A stretch of 59,440 bases of DNA from Gammaproteobacteria bacterium (GTDB lineage: Bacteria; Pseudomonadota; Gammaproteobacteria; SZUA-229). A program made the translations under genes and the position numbers. Positions 8,676 through 18,850 of this stretch are shown piece by piece (within the stretch, counting starts at the first letter, position 1; each line of letters begins with the position of its first letter). The stretch covers positions 1 to 59,440 of the forward strand of contig JAVVEE010000005.1 of NCBI GenBank assembly GCA_032251315.1, written 5' to 3'. The notes beneath the pieces were generated by a model, which saw only the letters and a list, made by a program, of their open reading frames with translations, had not been told where the DNA came from and did no database searches.

Positions 8676-9551
8676 ATGGAAATTCTAAACGTTTTTGAAA
8701 CCACACCCTGGCTGTTTTATACCGCTGTAACTGTATTAGGCCTGTGTGTTGGCAGCTTTCTGAATGTGGTCATCTATCGGCTGCCTGCCATGATGGAGCG
8801 TGACTGGCGCATGCAATGCCACGAGTACCTGGAACTGGGTGATGCCGGGATCGATGAGAAACTCCAGCAGCTCTCCTTAGCTAAACCCCGCTCGGCCTGC
8901 CCACATTGTGGCCACAAAATCCGCGCCTGGGAGAACATTCCAGTGCTGAGCTATGTTTTCCTCAAAGGCAAATGTTCGTCCTGCGGCGTAGCCATCTCGC
9001 CGCGCTACCCGATTATCGAGCTGATTACCGGCCTGTTATCGGTGGTGGTGGCATTACAGTTTGGCGTGAGCCTGGAAACGCTGTTTGGCTTGATTCTGAC
9101 CTGGACATTGATTGCCCTGACCGTGATCGATTACGACAAGCAGTTGCTGCCCGACGACCTTACCCTGCCGCTGCTCTGGTTCGGTCTGCTGATCTCTTTT
9201 TTCGGCGTGTTTACCGATATTCAGTCCAGCCTGATCGGTGCCATGCTCGGCTACATGATTCTCTGGACGGTGTATCAGCTGTTCAAAATCGTCACCGGCA
9301 AGGAAGGCATGGGCTTCGGCGACTTCAAGCTATTGGCCGCACTGGGTGCCTGGCTGGGCTGGGAGCTGCTGCCGCAGATCATTCTGCTCTCCTCGGTGGT
9401 GGGCGCCGTCACCGGCATTGTCATGCTGATTACCGGTGCCACCAAGCGGCAGCAGCCCATTCCCTTCGGTCCCTATCTGGCCGTGGCGGGCTGGATTGCG
9501 CTGATGTGGGGCCATGATATTAACCGGCTTTATCTCTCCTCCCTTCAATAA
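8676..9551 (+). CDS. pilD: Prepilin peptidase / N-methyltransferase PilD
   Basis: 291-aa polytopic protein with the N-terminal Cys motifs 'CPHCGHKI...CSSCG' and the catalytic-region motif 'GMGFGDFKLLAALGAWLG'. Confidence 0.92.
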   Translation: MEILNVFETTPWLFYTAVTVLGLCVGSFLNVVIYRLPAMMERDWRMQCHEYLELGDAGIDEKLQQLSLAKPRSACPHCGHKIRAWENIPVLSYVFLKGKCSSCGVAISPRYPIIELITGLLSVVVALQFGVSLETLFGLILTWTLIALTVIDYDKQLLPDDLTLPLLWFGLLISFFGVFTDIQSSLIGAMLGYMILWTVYQLFKIVTGKEGMGFGDFKLLAALGAWLGWELLPQIILLSSVVGAVTGIVMLITGATKRQQPIPFGPYLAVAGWIALMWGHDINRLYLSSLQ

Positions 9552-10162
9552 TGCTGAAAATCGGCCTGACCGGCGGCATCGGCAGCGGCAAATCAACCGT
9601 TGCCGAACTCTTTTCCCAGCTGGGCGTGACGGTCATTGACGCCGATCAGATTTCACACCAGTTGACCCGACCGGGCACTGATAGCTTCAAGGACATTAGG
9701 CAGCTACTGGGCGATGAGTTCATCAATGCCGAGGGTGAGCTTGACCGAAAAAAAATAGCCCGGCTTATTTTTTCTGATCCGGAGAAAAAAGCCGTCCTGG
9801 AAAACATTCTTCATCCCAGAATCAAGCAGAAAATGTTGCAGGAAACTGAGCAGGCCGAGCACGATGCTTACATTATTCTGAGCATTCCCCTGTTGCTGGA
9901 AACCAATTTCACCGACCTGGTTGACCGGATTCTGGTTGTTGACGCCGATGATGAAGTAAGAATTCAGCGAACCCGACAGCGTGATGACCGCTCCGAACAA
10001 GAGATCAGAGCCATTATGCACCAGCAGGTCGACCGCGACCGTCGTCTACAATGCGCTGATGACATAATCTATAACAATGGTAATCTTGAGGACATGCGCA
10101 ATATTGTTGATCGCTTGCATCAGCAATATATGTCAATGGCAGTCGGAAATCAGCCCGGTTAG
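9551..10162 (+). CDS. coaE: Dephospho-CoA kinase
   Basis: P-loop 'GLTGGIGSGKST' at the N-terminus, ~200 aa. The ATG overlaps the pilD stop (TAATG). The position after pilD is conserved. Confidence 0.88.
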   Translation: MLKIGLTGGIGSGKSTVAELFSQLGVTVIDADQISHQLTRPGTDSFKDIRQLLGDEFINAEGELDRKKIARLIFSDPEKKAVLENILHPRIKQKMLQETEQAEHDAYIILSIPLLLETNFTDLVDRILVVDADDEVRIQRTRQRDDRSEQEIRAIMHQQVDRDRRLQCADDIIYNNGNLEDMRNIVDRLHQQYMSMAVGNQPG

Positions 10163-10221
10163 TTTGCGTATGCGCTAAGATGTGCCAAAATTGCCCATTG
10201 ATCTGAGCTAACACATCCATC

Positions 10222-10992
10222 GTGACCGAATTAATTACATACGAACAACCCATCAACGAACGCATTCGCACTTTCCTGCGCCTGGAAAAAATGTTCCGGC
10301 AGTATGAATTCCATTTAAGGCAGGGCAGCACCTGGAATCACGCCATTGCCATCAACTCAATCAATGAACTGATTACCGTCACCACCCGCTCGGACATTAA
10401 ACTGGAGGCGCTGAAAGAACTGGAACGGCAAAACACCCGCCTGGAGCGCCTGTCGTCACGCTCGCACATCGACCAACATCAGCTTGACTCACTGCTTAAT
10501 AAACAGAAAAAATTAATCGCAGAGCTACAGGCAATCCAGGGGCAACTGGGGAAAAACACACAAGCCGTTGAACTGCTGTTGACCATGCGACAGAAAAGCT
10601 CGATTCCGGGCTGCCTTTGTGATTTTGACCTGCCTGCCTATCAGCACTGGCAGAGCCAGCCCGAGCAGATCCGCAAGAGCCATCTTCAACAGTGGTTCCA
10701 GCCTTTTAGTGTACTTGACCAGTCCATCCATCTAATTCTGGATGTACTGCGTCACAGCGTGGAAGATAGCGAAGAGACCGCCACGAATGGTTTTTTTCAG
10801 CACTCCATCCCCGGCAATCAGACTATTCAGCTGCTCAGAATAAGCATTCCCGCGGATAGTGATTGCTACCCCGAGATCAGTGCCGGTAAACAGCGTTTTT
10901 CTATCCGCTTCATGAGTAACAAGGATCCTGCTAACCGCCCTGAGCAGTGCTCTGAGAATATAAGTTTCAAGCTTAATATGTGCACCATATAG
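10222..10992 (+). CDS. zapD: Cell division protein ZapD (YacF family)
   Basis: 256 aa with a GTG start. The N-terminus 'YEQPINERIRTFLRLE' is typical of ZapD. It follows coaE, as in other gammaproteobacteria. Confidence 0.75.
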   Translation: MTELITYEQPINERIRTFLRLEKMFRQYEFHLRQGSTWNHAIAINSINELITVTTRSDIKLEALKELERQNTRLERLSSRSHIDQHQLDSLLNKQKKLIAELQAIQGQLGKNTQAVELLLTMRQKSSIPGCLCDFDLPAYQHWQSQPEQIRKSHLQQWFQPFSVLDQSIHLILDVLRHSVEDSEETATNGFFQHSIPGNQTIQLLRISIPADSDCYPEISAGKQRFSIRFMSNKDPANRPEQCSENISFKLNMCTI

Positions 10993-11051
10993 AAACTTAC
11001 TGCTTTATTTTCAGCTGTCTCTGAAGCAATCTGAGGCCTTGTTCCGGAGCC

Positions 11052-12023
11052 TTATTCCAGATTCCACAGCGCGCCGATCGCAGCAATGCCCTGCGCTCCC
11101 GCCGACCAGGCTTTTTCCGTATCATCTCGACATACACCGCCCAGCGCATAAACCGGCACACTGACCTGAGCGGTCATGGCGGCAAATTTTTCCCAGCCCA
11201 ATGGGTTTATCTCCGGATGGGTCGCCGTTGCCTGCACCGGCGAGACCACCATGAAATCAACGCCCAGCGCCTCGGCGTCGAGCATCTCCTGCACCGTGTG
11301 GCAGGAGACTGAAAGACAGTCACAATCCGGCTTTTCCCTGCACTGCTGTAACTTCCGGCTGTTCAGGTGCAAACAGGAAGGGTTGATAAGTTGTTGCAGC
11401 TCATCAGGCAGGTTGAACATCAGCCTGACGCCGGCGTGTTCACATAAAGCTGTAGCGCGCCTGATGATCTGTGCGGCATATTTTTCATCCACGCTTTGCA
11501 GCCAGTCGTGGGTGAGCCTTAACTGCGCCAGGCGGATACCGCGATCAATCGCCGATTTTAGGCGTGCTTCAAATTCATCAATAGAATCAAACTTGCCTGT
11601 GATCAGGTAGTGCTCGGGCAAATTCAGCGCCGTAATAATGGCGGTATTGGCGGCGGGAAATTCGGCGGAATCGAGTTGCTCAATCTTCTGCCGGCGTATG
11701 GCCTGACCTTCCCTGCTCACGCCTTCCCTGTCAACAGGCTCGCCGCTATAGGCATCCACTTTCCAGACATCCAGCAGAACGGTTTTATCGCCATACCGAT
11801 GGGTCACTTTTATCAGGGGGCGATATGACGTTGCACAGATGCCCAGCTCTTCGTCAAGCTCGCGTAACAGCGCTTGCTGCACTGACTCACCAGCTTCGAG
11901 TTTGCCCCCGGGGAACTCCCAAAATCCGCCCAGATGCACATCAGGCGCGCGCCGGCTGATTAAAACCTCGTTATTGCTGTTAACGATGGCGGCAAGTGCA
12001 ATATGGATCATTTCAGTGTGCAA
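11052..12023 (-). CDS. Nudix (MutT-like) hydrolase fused to a thiamine-phosphate-synthase-like (TenI/ThiE) domain
   Basis: Nudix box 'GGKLEAGESVQQALLRELDEELGI' in the first ~130 aa. The C-terminal ~185 aa are TIM-barrel-like and end in 'VPVYALGGV'. Confidence 0.75.
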   Translation of the reverse strand: MHTEMIHIALAAIVNSNNEVLISRRAPDVHLGGFWEFPGGKLEAGESVQQALLRELDEELGICATSYRPLIKVTHRYGDKTVLLDVWKVDAYSGEPVDREGVSREGQAIRRQKIEQLDSAEFPAANTAIITALNLPEHYLITGKFDSIDEFEARLKSAIDRGIRLAQLRLTHDWLQSVDEKYAAQIIRRATALCEHAGVRLMFNLPDELQQLINPSCLHLNSRKLQQCREKPDCDCLSVSCHTVQEMLDAEALGVDFMVVSPVQATATHPEINPLGWEKFAAMTAQVSVPVYALGGVCRDDTEKAWSAGAQGIAAIGALWNLE

Positions 12024-12041
12024 ATTTATGAAGAATCCGAG

Positions 12042-13259
12042 CTAGCTCCGATAGTCGGAATTGATGGTCACGTAATCGTGGGACAGATCGGTGGTCCAGA
12101 TGGTGGTCGCGATTTCACCTCGACCGAGCACCACCTTTATGGTGATTTCAGGCTGATGCATGACGCGCTGACCGGCTTCTTCGGTATAGCCTGCATCTCT
12201 GCAACCGCCGCTGACGATACAGACATCATCAAGATAAATATTGACATTTTCCGCCACCAGATTTTCAATGCCGGCATTGCCGACCGCCGCCAGGATACGT
12301 CCCCAGTTGGGGTCACTGGCGAATAAGGCTGTTTTCACCAGCGGTGAATGGGCAATGCGATAGCCGACGTCGCGCGCCTCTTTCAAGGAGGCCGCTGCCA
12401 CCACGTTCACACTGATAAACTTTGTCGCCCCCTCGCCGTCGCGCACGACAGCCTGAGCAAGGTGCAGGCAGACCTCATCAAGCGCCCGCGAAAAAGCGGC
12501 GGCAGCGTCGCTATCCGCATCGATGAGAATACTGTTCGAGGCTCCGGAAGCCATCAACAGGCAGGCATCATTGGTTGAGGTGTCGCTGTCGACGGTGATG
12601 GAGTTAAAGCTTTTCGCTACCGCCCCATCAAGGCAGTGCTGTAGATAGGCATCACTGACTCTGGCATCGGTGCCGATAAAGGCCAGCATGGTCGCCATGT
12701 TGGGGCATATCATGCCCGAGCCCTTGGTGATGCCGGTAATCGTCACCGGCATACCTTCGATCATGATCTGTTTGGAGACGGCTTTGGCAATGGTGTCGGT
12801 GGTCATAATGCCGCGCACCGCCGGCATCCAGTTATCGACCGCCAGATGCTGACTCGCCGCTGTAATGCCCGAACTCAAGGCTTGCATCGGCAGCGACTCG
12901 CCGATCACACCGGTGGAAAAAGGTAAGACCTCCTCAACCTTACAGGCCAGCGCCTGAGCCACCCATTCACAGCTTTGCAGCGCATTCTGTATGCCCTGCT
13001 CGCCGGTGCCGGCGTTGGCGTTGCCTGAATTGATCAGCAGCACCCGGGGAGAGGTTTGGGCCAGATGTTTTTTGGCCACCAGCACCGGAGCCGCCGCAAA
13101 GGAATTTTGCGTGAAGGTGGCGGCGCAGGTTGAGTCAGGAGCGAGCTTGATCAGCACCAGATCTTCCCGCTCTCTGGATTTAATGCCGCAAGCGACGGCA
13201 GCGAGTTCGATGCCTGCAACCGGAAGAATATTAATGGGTTCTGAGAGACCTACTGCCAT
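12042..13259 (-). CDS. argJ: Bifunctional ornithine acetyltransferase / N-acetylglutamate synthase
   Basis: 405 aa with the autoprocessing-site context 'NMATMLAFIGTDA' and the 'DSDTSTNDA' motif. Confidence 0.9.
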   Translation of the reverse strand: MAVGLSEPINILPVAGIELAAVACGIKSREREDLVLIKLAPDSTCAATFTQNSFAAAPVLVAKKHLAQTSPRVLLINSGNANAGTGEQGIQNALQSCEWVAQALACKVEEVLPFSTGVIGESLPMQALSSGITAASQHLAVDNWMPAVRGIMTTDTIAKAVSKQIMIEGMPVTITGITKGSGMICPNMATMLAFIGTDARVSDAYLQHCLDGAVAKSFNSITVDSDTSTNDACLLMASGASNSILIDADSDAAAAFSRALDEVCLHLAQAVVRDGEGATKFISVNVVAAASLKEARDVGYRIAHSPLVKTALFASDPNWGRILAAVGNAGIENLVAENVNIYLDDVCIVSGGCRDAGYTEEAGQRVMHQPEITIKVVLGRGEIATTIWTTDLSHDYVTINSDYRS

Positions 13260-13461
13260 ATCACGCCTTCACACAATAAATAGAGTTAACTGCAATAAAC
13301 TAGGTGGGATTATATCTGCTTTATATTAGAAGCCGTAGCAATCCGACAACCATAAGATTCTCAATCCGCAAAAATACACATCAAATCTTGCGTCCTTTGC
13401 GTTTTTCGCGGACCGTCTTTTTCTATTAGAATCTTAAATTGGGCTGAAATAAAAGATCAGA

Positions 13462-16188
13462 TCAGCTCAGTTTGCCATGACACTGCTTGAATTTCTTGCC
13501 CGAGCCACACCAGCAAGGATCATTTCGCCCCAGCTTTTTCTCACCGCGAACATAAGGCTGCACCGGTGCCGTAGCGGACTCGTCATCCGCCTGCTGTTCC
13601 TGATGGATGCTGTCTATCTGCTCATGCTGATAATTAACATTATCGGTCTTAACATTCCCGGCCTCTTCAATGTTCTCAATTTCTTCACGGGCCTGAATCT
13701 GTACTTTGGAGAGAATGGAAATCGCCTCGTATTTAATTTTATCCAGCATTTCCGAGAACATCTCAAACGATTCGCGCTTGTATTCCTGCTTTGGGTTTTT
13801 CTGTGCGTAGCCTCGCAGGCCGATACTCTGACGCAAATAATCCATTGCCGCCAGATGCTCTTTCCAGATTCTGTCGAGCACTGTTAACAACACATATTTT
13901 TCGTACTTGCGCATGCCTTCATCACCGGCCATTTTCTCCTTGGCCTGATAATCTGCCACCAGGGTGTCCAGAATACGCCGGCGCAGGCCCTCTTCATTCA
14001 AGCCATCATCCTCGTCCAGCCATTTCTGGATGGGCATATCACTGCCGAATTCGTCATACAGTGCCTTTTCCAGGCCCTCGATATCCCACTGCTCATCCAT
14101 ACTGCCGGGCATAATGTAACCGGAAATAACATTCTCTACCACGTCCTCGCGAATACTCGACACGACTTCCGACAGATCGTCTTTCGACATCATTTCATTA
14201 CGTTGCGCATAAACGACCTTACGCTGGTCATTAGCGACATCGTCATAATCCAGTACCTGCTTACGAATATCGAAGTTATGGCCTTCAACCTTACGCTGAG
14301 CATTTTCAATTGCCCGGTTCACCCATGGATGCTCAATCGCTTCACCGCGTTCCATGCCCAGTTTCTTCATCAGGGAGCCGACGCGTTCCGAAGCAAAGAT
14401 TCGCATCAGATCATCTTCCAGCGACAGGTAGAAACGGGTTGAACCCGGATCGCCCTGACGGCCCGAACGACCTCGCAGCTGGTTATCGATGCGCCGGGAT
14501 TCATGCCGTTCACTGCCTATAACGTGCAGGCCACCTGCATCCAGCACCAACTGATGCCGCTCTTTCCATCTGGCGTGTATTTCGTCAACTTCGGCGGGTG
14601 TAGCCTCCGGCTTTTTCGCCAGATCCGCATCCAGACTCCCGCCCAGCACAATATCGGTACCTCGACCGGCCATGTTGGTGGCGATGGTTACCGCCCCCGG
14701 CTGGCCGGCCTGCTCGATAATATGGGCTTCATTTTCATGCTGCTTGGCATTCAGTACATTGTGGGGTATTTTCCCCTGTGTTAACTGCGCGGAAATTATC
14801 TCTGAAACTTCAATGGAAGCCGTACCCACCAGCACCGGTTGCTTACGCTCAACACAGTCACGTACGTCTGCGACTATGGCTTCATATTTTTCCGGCTGAC
14901 TTAAATAAACAAGGTCGGTGTTATCCTTGCGAATCATCGGTTTGTTAGTGGGAATCAGTACTACTTCAAGATTATAAATCTGCATCAACTCGGCGGCTTC
15001 AGTGTCAGCCGTACCGGTCATGCCCGATAATTTTTCATACAGACGGAAATAGTTCTGAAAAGTGATCGATGCCAGCGTCTGGTTTTCACTCTGTATTTTC
15101 ACCCCTTCCTTGGCCTCTACAGCCTGATGCAGACCTTCGGACCAGCGCCGACCCGGCATGGTTCTGCCGGTAAATTCATCGACAATAATCACCTCATCAT
15201 TCTTCACCAGATAATGAACATCTCTCTTGAATAAAGCCTTGGCTCGCAAGGCTGCATTTAGATAATGGATGAGACTGATATTGTTGGCACTGTATAAACT
15301 TTCGTCAGCCGGCAGAATGCCTTCATCGACCAGAATCTGCTCAACCTTCTGATGCCCCTGCTCGGTGATGTGAACGGAACGGTTCTTCTCATCGACAGAA
15401 TAATCACCCTCTTCAACCGCATCTTTGTCTTCTTTGTGTTCGCCCTGTTCCAGCTGCTTGACGATTTCCTTAAACTTCAGGTGCAGCTCGCTGCTGTCAC
15501 TGACCGACCCTGAAATAATCAGCGGTGTTCTGGCTTCGTCGATAAGAATCGAATCAACTTCATCGATAATGGCGAAATTCAGTTCGCGCTGAACTTTTTC
15601 TTCCAGCGTGAAGGCCATGTTATCCCTGAGATAATCAAAGCCGAATTCATTGTTGGTACCGTAGGTAATGTCTGCCGCATACGCCTGTTTCTTTTCCTCG
15701 GCATTCAGACCGCCGATACTGACACCGGTGGTCAGGCCGAGAAAGCTGTACAGCTGCCCCATCCATTCAGCATCACGTCTGGCGAGATAATCGTTAACCG
15801 TCACCACGTGCACGCCCTTGCCCGATAGCGCGTTGAGGTAGGCTGCCAGGGTTGCCACCAGCGTCTTGCCTTCACCGGTGCGCATTTCAGCAATCTTGCC
15901 CGCGTGCAGAACCATGCCGCCAATCAACTGTACATCGAAATGGCGCATATTAAACACGCGCTTACCCGCTTCACGCGCCGTTGCAAATGCTTCGGGTAGC
16001 AACTGGTCCAGCGTCTCACCCTGCTGATATCGCTCGCGATACTCGACTGTTTTCGCCGCCAGCTGCTCATCACTCAGCGCTGATATTTCCGCTTCAAGCC
16101 GGTTAATTTTTTCGGCTGTCTTGAAGTGTTGTTTGATTATGCGATCGTTACGACTACCAAATACTTTACGGAAAACATTGTTTATCAT
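13462..16188 (-). CDS. secA: Preprotein translocase ATPase SecA
   Basis: Conserved N-terminus 'VFGSRNDR', Walker A 'MRTGEGKTL', and C-terminal zinc motif '[14 protein letters not shown]'. The ORF track starts at TTG 16197; the in-frame ATG at 16188 ('[12 protein letters not shown]') is the more likely start. Confidence 0.95.
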   Translation of the reverse strand: MINNVFRKVFGSRNDRIIKQHFKTAEKINRLEAEISALSDEQLAAKTVEYRERYQQGETLDQLLPEAFATAREAGKRVFNMRHFDVQLIGGMVLHAGKIAEMRTGEGKTLVATLAAYLNALSGKGVHVVTVNDYLARRDAEWMGQLYSFLGLTTGVSIGGLNAEEKKQAYAADITYGTNNEFGFDYLRDNMAFTLEEKVQRELNFAIIDEVDSILIDEARTPLIISGSVSDSSELHLKFKEIVKQLEQGEHKEDKDAVEEGDYSVDEKNRSVHITEQGHQKVEQILVDEGILPADESLYSANNISLIHYLNAALRAKALFKRDVHYLVKNDEVIIVDEFTGRTMPGRRWSEGLHQAVEAKEGVKIQSENQTLASITFQNYFRLYEKLSGMTGTADTEAAELMQIYNLEVVLIPTNKPMIRKDNTDLVYLSQPEKYEAIVADVRDCVERKQPVLVGTASIEVSEIISAQLTQGKIPHNVLNAKQHENEAHIIEQAGQPGAVTIATNMAGRGTDIVLGGSLDADLAKKPEATPAEVDEIHARWKERHQLVLDAGGLHVIGSERHESRRIDNQLRGRSGRQGDPGSTRFYLSLEDDLMRIFASERVGSLMKKLGMERGEAIEHPWVNRAIENAQRKVEGHNFDIRKQVLDYDDVANDQRKVVYAQRNEMMSKDDLSEVVSSIREDVVENVISGYIMPGSMDEQWDIEGLEKALYDEFGSDMPIQKWLDEDDGLNEEGLRRRILDTLVADYQAKEKMAGDEGMRKYEKYVLLTVLDRIWKEHLAAMDYLRQSIGLRGYAQKNPKQEYKRESFEMFSEMLDKIKYEAISILSKVQIQAREEIENIEEAGNVKTDNVNYQHEQIDSIHQEQQADDESATAPVQPYVRGEKKLGRNDPCWCGSGKKFKQCHGKLS

Positions 16189-16208
16189 TTTTGACAACTA
16201 ACCTGTGA

Positions 16209-16234
16209 CAAAAAACCGGACTAAAAAGCCCGGT
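16209..16234 (-). terminator. Terminator-like hairpin after the M23 peptidase gene, just upstream of secA
   Basis: On the minus strand this reads ACCGGGC-TTTTTA-GTCCGGT followed by TTTTTTG. Confidence 0.5.
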
Positions 16235-16306
16235 ATCTAAAAAAATTAATAACACAACATGACCGAGAGTCTATCTCCGGTCATGAACGTTAAATAAATG
16301 ACTAAC

Positions 16307-17203
16307 TCAGCTACTGGATTGAACAAAGCGAATAGGATCGATCTGTCGATTATTCAGTAACACTTCAAAATGCACATGCGGGCCGGTTGAACGACCTGTC
16401 GAGCCCATGAGTGATATTGCCTGGCCCTTTTCAACAGTATCGCCCACTTTTACGAGAATCTCTGCGTTATGACCATAACGGGTGGTATAACCATTGCCAT
16501 GATTAATTTCCACGAGATTACCATAACCGTATCTTGAGCTCGCCCAGGTCACTACGCCAGTCGATGTCGCTATAACTTCACTGCCCTCTCTGCCGGCAAA
16601 ATCCATGCCGTTATGCTGTGCCAGCCTGCCGCTGAAAGGGTCGGTGCGCTGACCGAAATATGAGGAGGTCCAGCCTTTAACGATGGGACGTCCGGAGGGG
16701 CGTGATTGCTTTTTTACCTGTTCACGCATCAATACATCTTCCAGTATTGAGAGTTGCTGATCTCGGCTGTCCAGCTGGTCGCTGAGATCAACCAGGACAT
16801 TGCCAAATTCGGCGGAAACGGCATCTTCCGGCTCATGGGGGCCGCCCACTGCGGGTTTGTAACTGAAATTAAATTCTTCTGAATCAAGTTTGGATAATGT
16901 GACCAGACGTTCACCCAGCGCGTCCAGGCGGGTTACATGCGCCTGCATCAGCCCCAAACGGGCCGCCAGCGCATCCAGTTCGGACTGCGCATTGGCGCGG
17001 GCAGCGGCGATCAGGCTCTTCTGCTGGGCAAGCTCACTTTCCAGGCTGGTTAACTGACTGAGCTGGCCGGTGTTGGCACCCCACCAGTAGCCACCTACCG
17101 TCATCGTTCCCAGAAAAACGGACAGCAGGACACTGGAAGCTGTCAGCCCTATCTGCCAGCGCACCGGTTTTCCTCGATATTTTCCTACCAATATAATATT
17201 CAT
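16307..17203 (-). CDS. M23/LytM-family metallopeptidase with an N-terminal membrane anchor and coiled coil
   Basis: 'HNGMDFAG' and 'GSTGRSTGPHVHFEV' are LytM motifs. An N-terminal hydrophobic segment and a Q/L/A-rich coiled region are present. Confidence 0.85.
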   Translation of the reverse strand: MNIILVGKYRGKPVRWQIGLTASSVLLSVFLGTMTVGGYWWGANTGQLSQLTSLESELAQQKSLIAAARANAQSELDALAARLGLMQAHVTRLDALGERLVTLSKLDSEEFNFSYKPAVGGPHEPEDAVSAEFGNVLVDLSDQLDSRDQQLSILEDVLMREQVKKQSRPSGRPIVKGWTSSYFGQRTDPFSGRLAQHNGMDFAGREGSEVIATSTGVVTWASSRYGYGNLVEINHGNGYTTRYGHNAEILVKVGDTVEKGQAISLMGSTGRSTGPHVHFEVLLNNRQIDPIRFVQSSS

Positions 17204-17265
17204 ATCTTCATTCTATCAATCGCGGTTAGTATGAGCATAGCCTATTTGATAACATATTTACCATT

Positions 17266-17685
17266 ATGAAACGTTTCGACCTCCAATTAAATCCCGCACT
17301 GGTATCAAAGTCACATGAACTGGAGCGACTTACTTCGCTGCTCAGCGGGGAATTACCTCGAGAAACCAGTGGACATTACCACGTCGCCGGCATTGATGAC
17401 AGTGCTCTTGTCATTATCACCGACTCGCCGGTATGGACAACGCGATTACGTCAGCTGGGGCCTGCGATAATTAATATACTGGCTGAGCGAGCCGGGAAAA
17501 GTGTTCAGCATGTCCGTATTATAAGCAGGCGCGGCGCCATTAAAAGCCCCTATCAGGCCAATCCAACCGTCGAGCGTATTCTCAGTGAAGAATCAGGACA
17601 GCTACTATCTCAAACTGCGGAATACATCCAGAACAACGAGCTTAAAAACGCGCTCCTGAAACTTTCCGGGCGTAGCGATAAATAG
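17266..17685 (+). CDS. DUF721 (DciA-like) protein
   Basis: 139 aa. The core 'LVIITDSPVWTTRLRQLGPAIINIL' matches the DUF721 pattern as I recall it. It sits in the conserved position between lpxC and the M23/secA genes. Confidence 0.6.
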   Translation: MKRFDLQLNPALVSKSHELERLTSLLSGELPRETSGHYHVAGIDDSALVIITDSPVWTTRLRQLGPAIINILAERAGKSVQHVRIISRRGAIKSPYQANPTVERILSEESGQLLSQTAEYIQNNELKNALLKLSGRSDK

Positions 17686-17761
17686 CTGTCGGATTCAGGC
17701 TAAATTGGCAGCGGAAGTGGGAAAATGGCCCCACGCTTCAATTCCCCTAAGCCCGACAGCT
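17684..17761. repeat. Nested inverted repeat between convergent genes (possible bidirectional terminator)
   Basis: A perfect 9-bp inverted repeat, AGCTGTCGG (17684-17692) / CCGACAGCT (17753-17761), encloses 60 nt. The enclosed stretch contains an inner hairpin, GAAGTGGG...CCCACGCTTC. Confidence 0.5.
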
Positions 17762-17763
17762 TC

Positions 17764-18678
17764 CTAGAAAGCCTGTAGCGGCTGTGTATATGAGATGGGC
17801 GAAGCAGATTCTTCGTCTTCGAATGTCACTTCTTCCCAGGCCGATTCATCAGCAATCAGAGCTTTCAGCAACTTATTGTTCAGGGCGTGGCCTGAACGAT
17901 AACCGGAAAAAGCGCCGATCAGGCTGTGTCCCAGCAAATACAGGTCGCCAATAGCATCCAGTATCTTGTGTTTGACGAACTCATCTTCGTAACGCAGTCC
18001 GTCTTCATTCAGGACGCGAAATTCGTCAACTACAATCGCATTATCAATACTCCCGCCCAGCACCAGGTTCTGCGACCTCAGGTATTCAATATCGTGCATA
18101 AAACCAAAGGTACGCGCACGGCTTACCTCCTTAACAAAGGAAGTGGTAGAAAAATCAATCTCCGCCTTGCAGGGCATACCTTTGAATACAGGATGGTCAA
18201 AATTGATAGAAAACCCTACTTTAAAACCTTCGAAAGGATCAAAACGGGCCCATTTGTCGTCTTCTTCAACCAGAATCGATTTTTTAATCCGGATAAACCG
18301 CTTGGGCGCGGCCTGTTCGGCGATGCCTGCCGACTGGATCAAAAATACAAAAGGGCCTGAGCTGCCGTCCATAATCGGCACTTCACCAGTACTCACGTCC
18401 ACATAGGCGTTGTCGATACCCAGGCCGGCCATAGCTGACAACAAGTGCTCGACAGTGGAAACACGGACTCCGTCCTGCTCCAGGGTGGTGGATAAGGTAG
18501 TGGGCCCGACATTTCCAGCAGTCGCCTTTATTTCAACTGGCTCGTTCAAATCCACTCGCCGAAAAATGATGCCTGTATCCGGCTGTGCTGGACGCAGGGT
18601 CAGATAAACCTTCTCTCCTGAGTGCAGGCCGACGCCGGTCGCACGAATTACATTTTTTAGTGTTCTTTGCTTAATCAA
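17764..18678 (-). CDS. lpxC: UDP-3-O-acyl-N-acetylglucosamine deacetylase
   Basis: N-terminus '[24 protein letters not shown]', 304 aa, immediately downstream of ftsZ. Confidence 0.95.
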   Translation of the reverse strand: MIKQRTLKNVIRATGVGLHSGEKVYLTLRPAQPDTGIIFRRVDLNEPVEIKATAGNVGPTTLSTTLEQDGVRVSTVEHLLSAMAGLGIDNAYVDVSTGEVPIMDGSSGPFVFLIQSAGIAEQAAPKRFIRIKKSILVEEDDKWARFDPFEGFKVGFSINFDHPVFKGMPCKAEIDFSTTSFVKEVSRARTFGFMHDIEYLRSQNLVLGGSIDNAIVVDEFRVLNEDGLRYEDEFVKHKILDAIGDLYLLGHSLIGAFSGYRSGHALNNKLLKALIADESAWEEVTFEDEESASPISYTQPLQAF

Positions 18679-18850
18679 TGCCTTATATCCTGAAATATCT
18701 AAATATCACCACTCTTTGCGATATGCACAGAGCCAGCTTTATATTGTCACACATATAACATAATAATAGCAGGCATTTTTTGACCCCGCATCTTATTTTG
18801 AGCAAACCCGTTCTCAGGCAGTCATCCCCCCGGCACCCGCTTCAGCGGAA

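Noticed and set aside
8906-9517. 203-aa alternative-frame ORF within pilD. The 5077-5448 antisense ORF over the second pilin is a similar case.
   Set aside because: These are shadow ORFs inside clearly recognisable genes, with Arg/Gly/Ala-rich composition.
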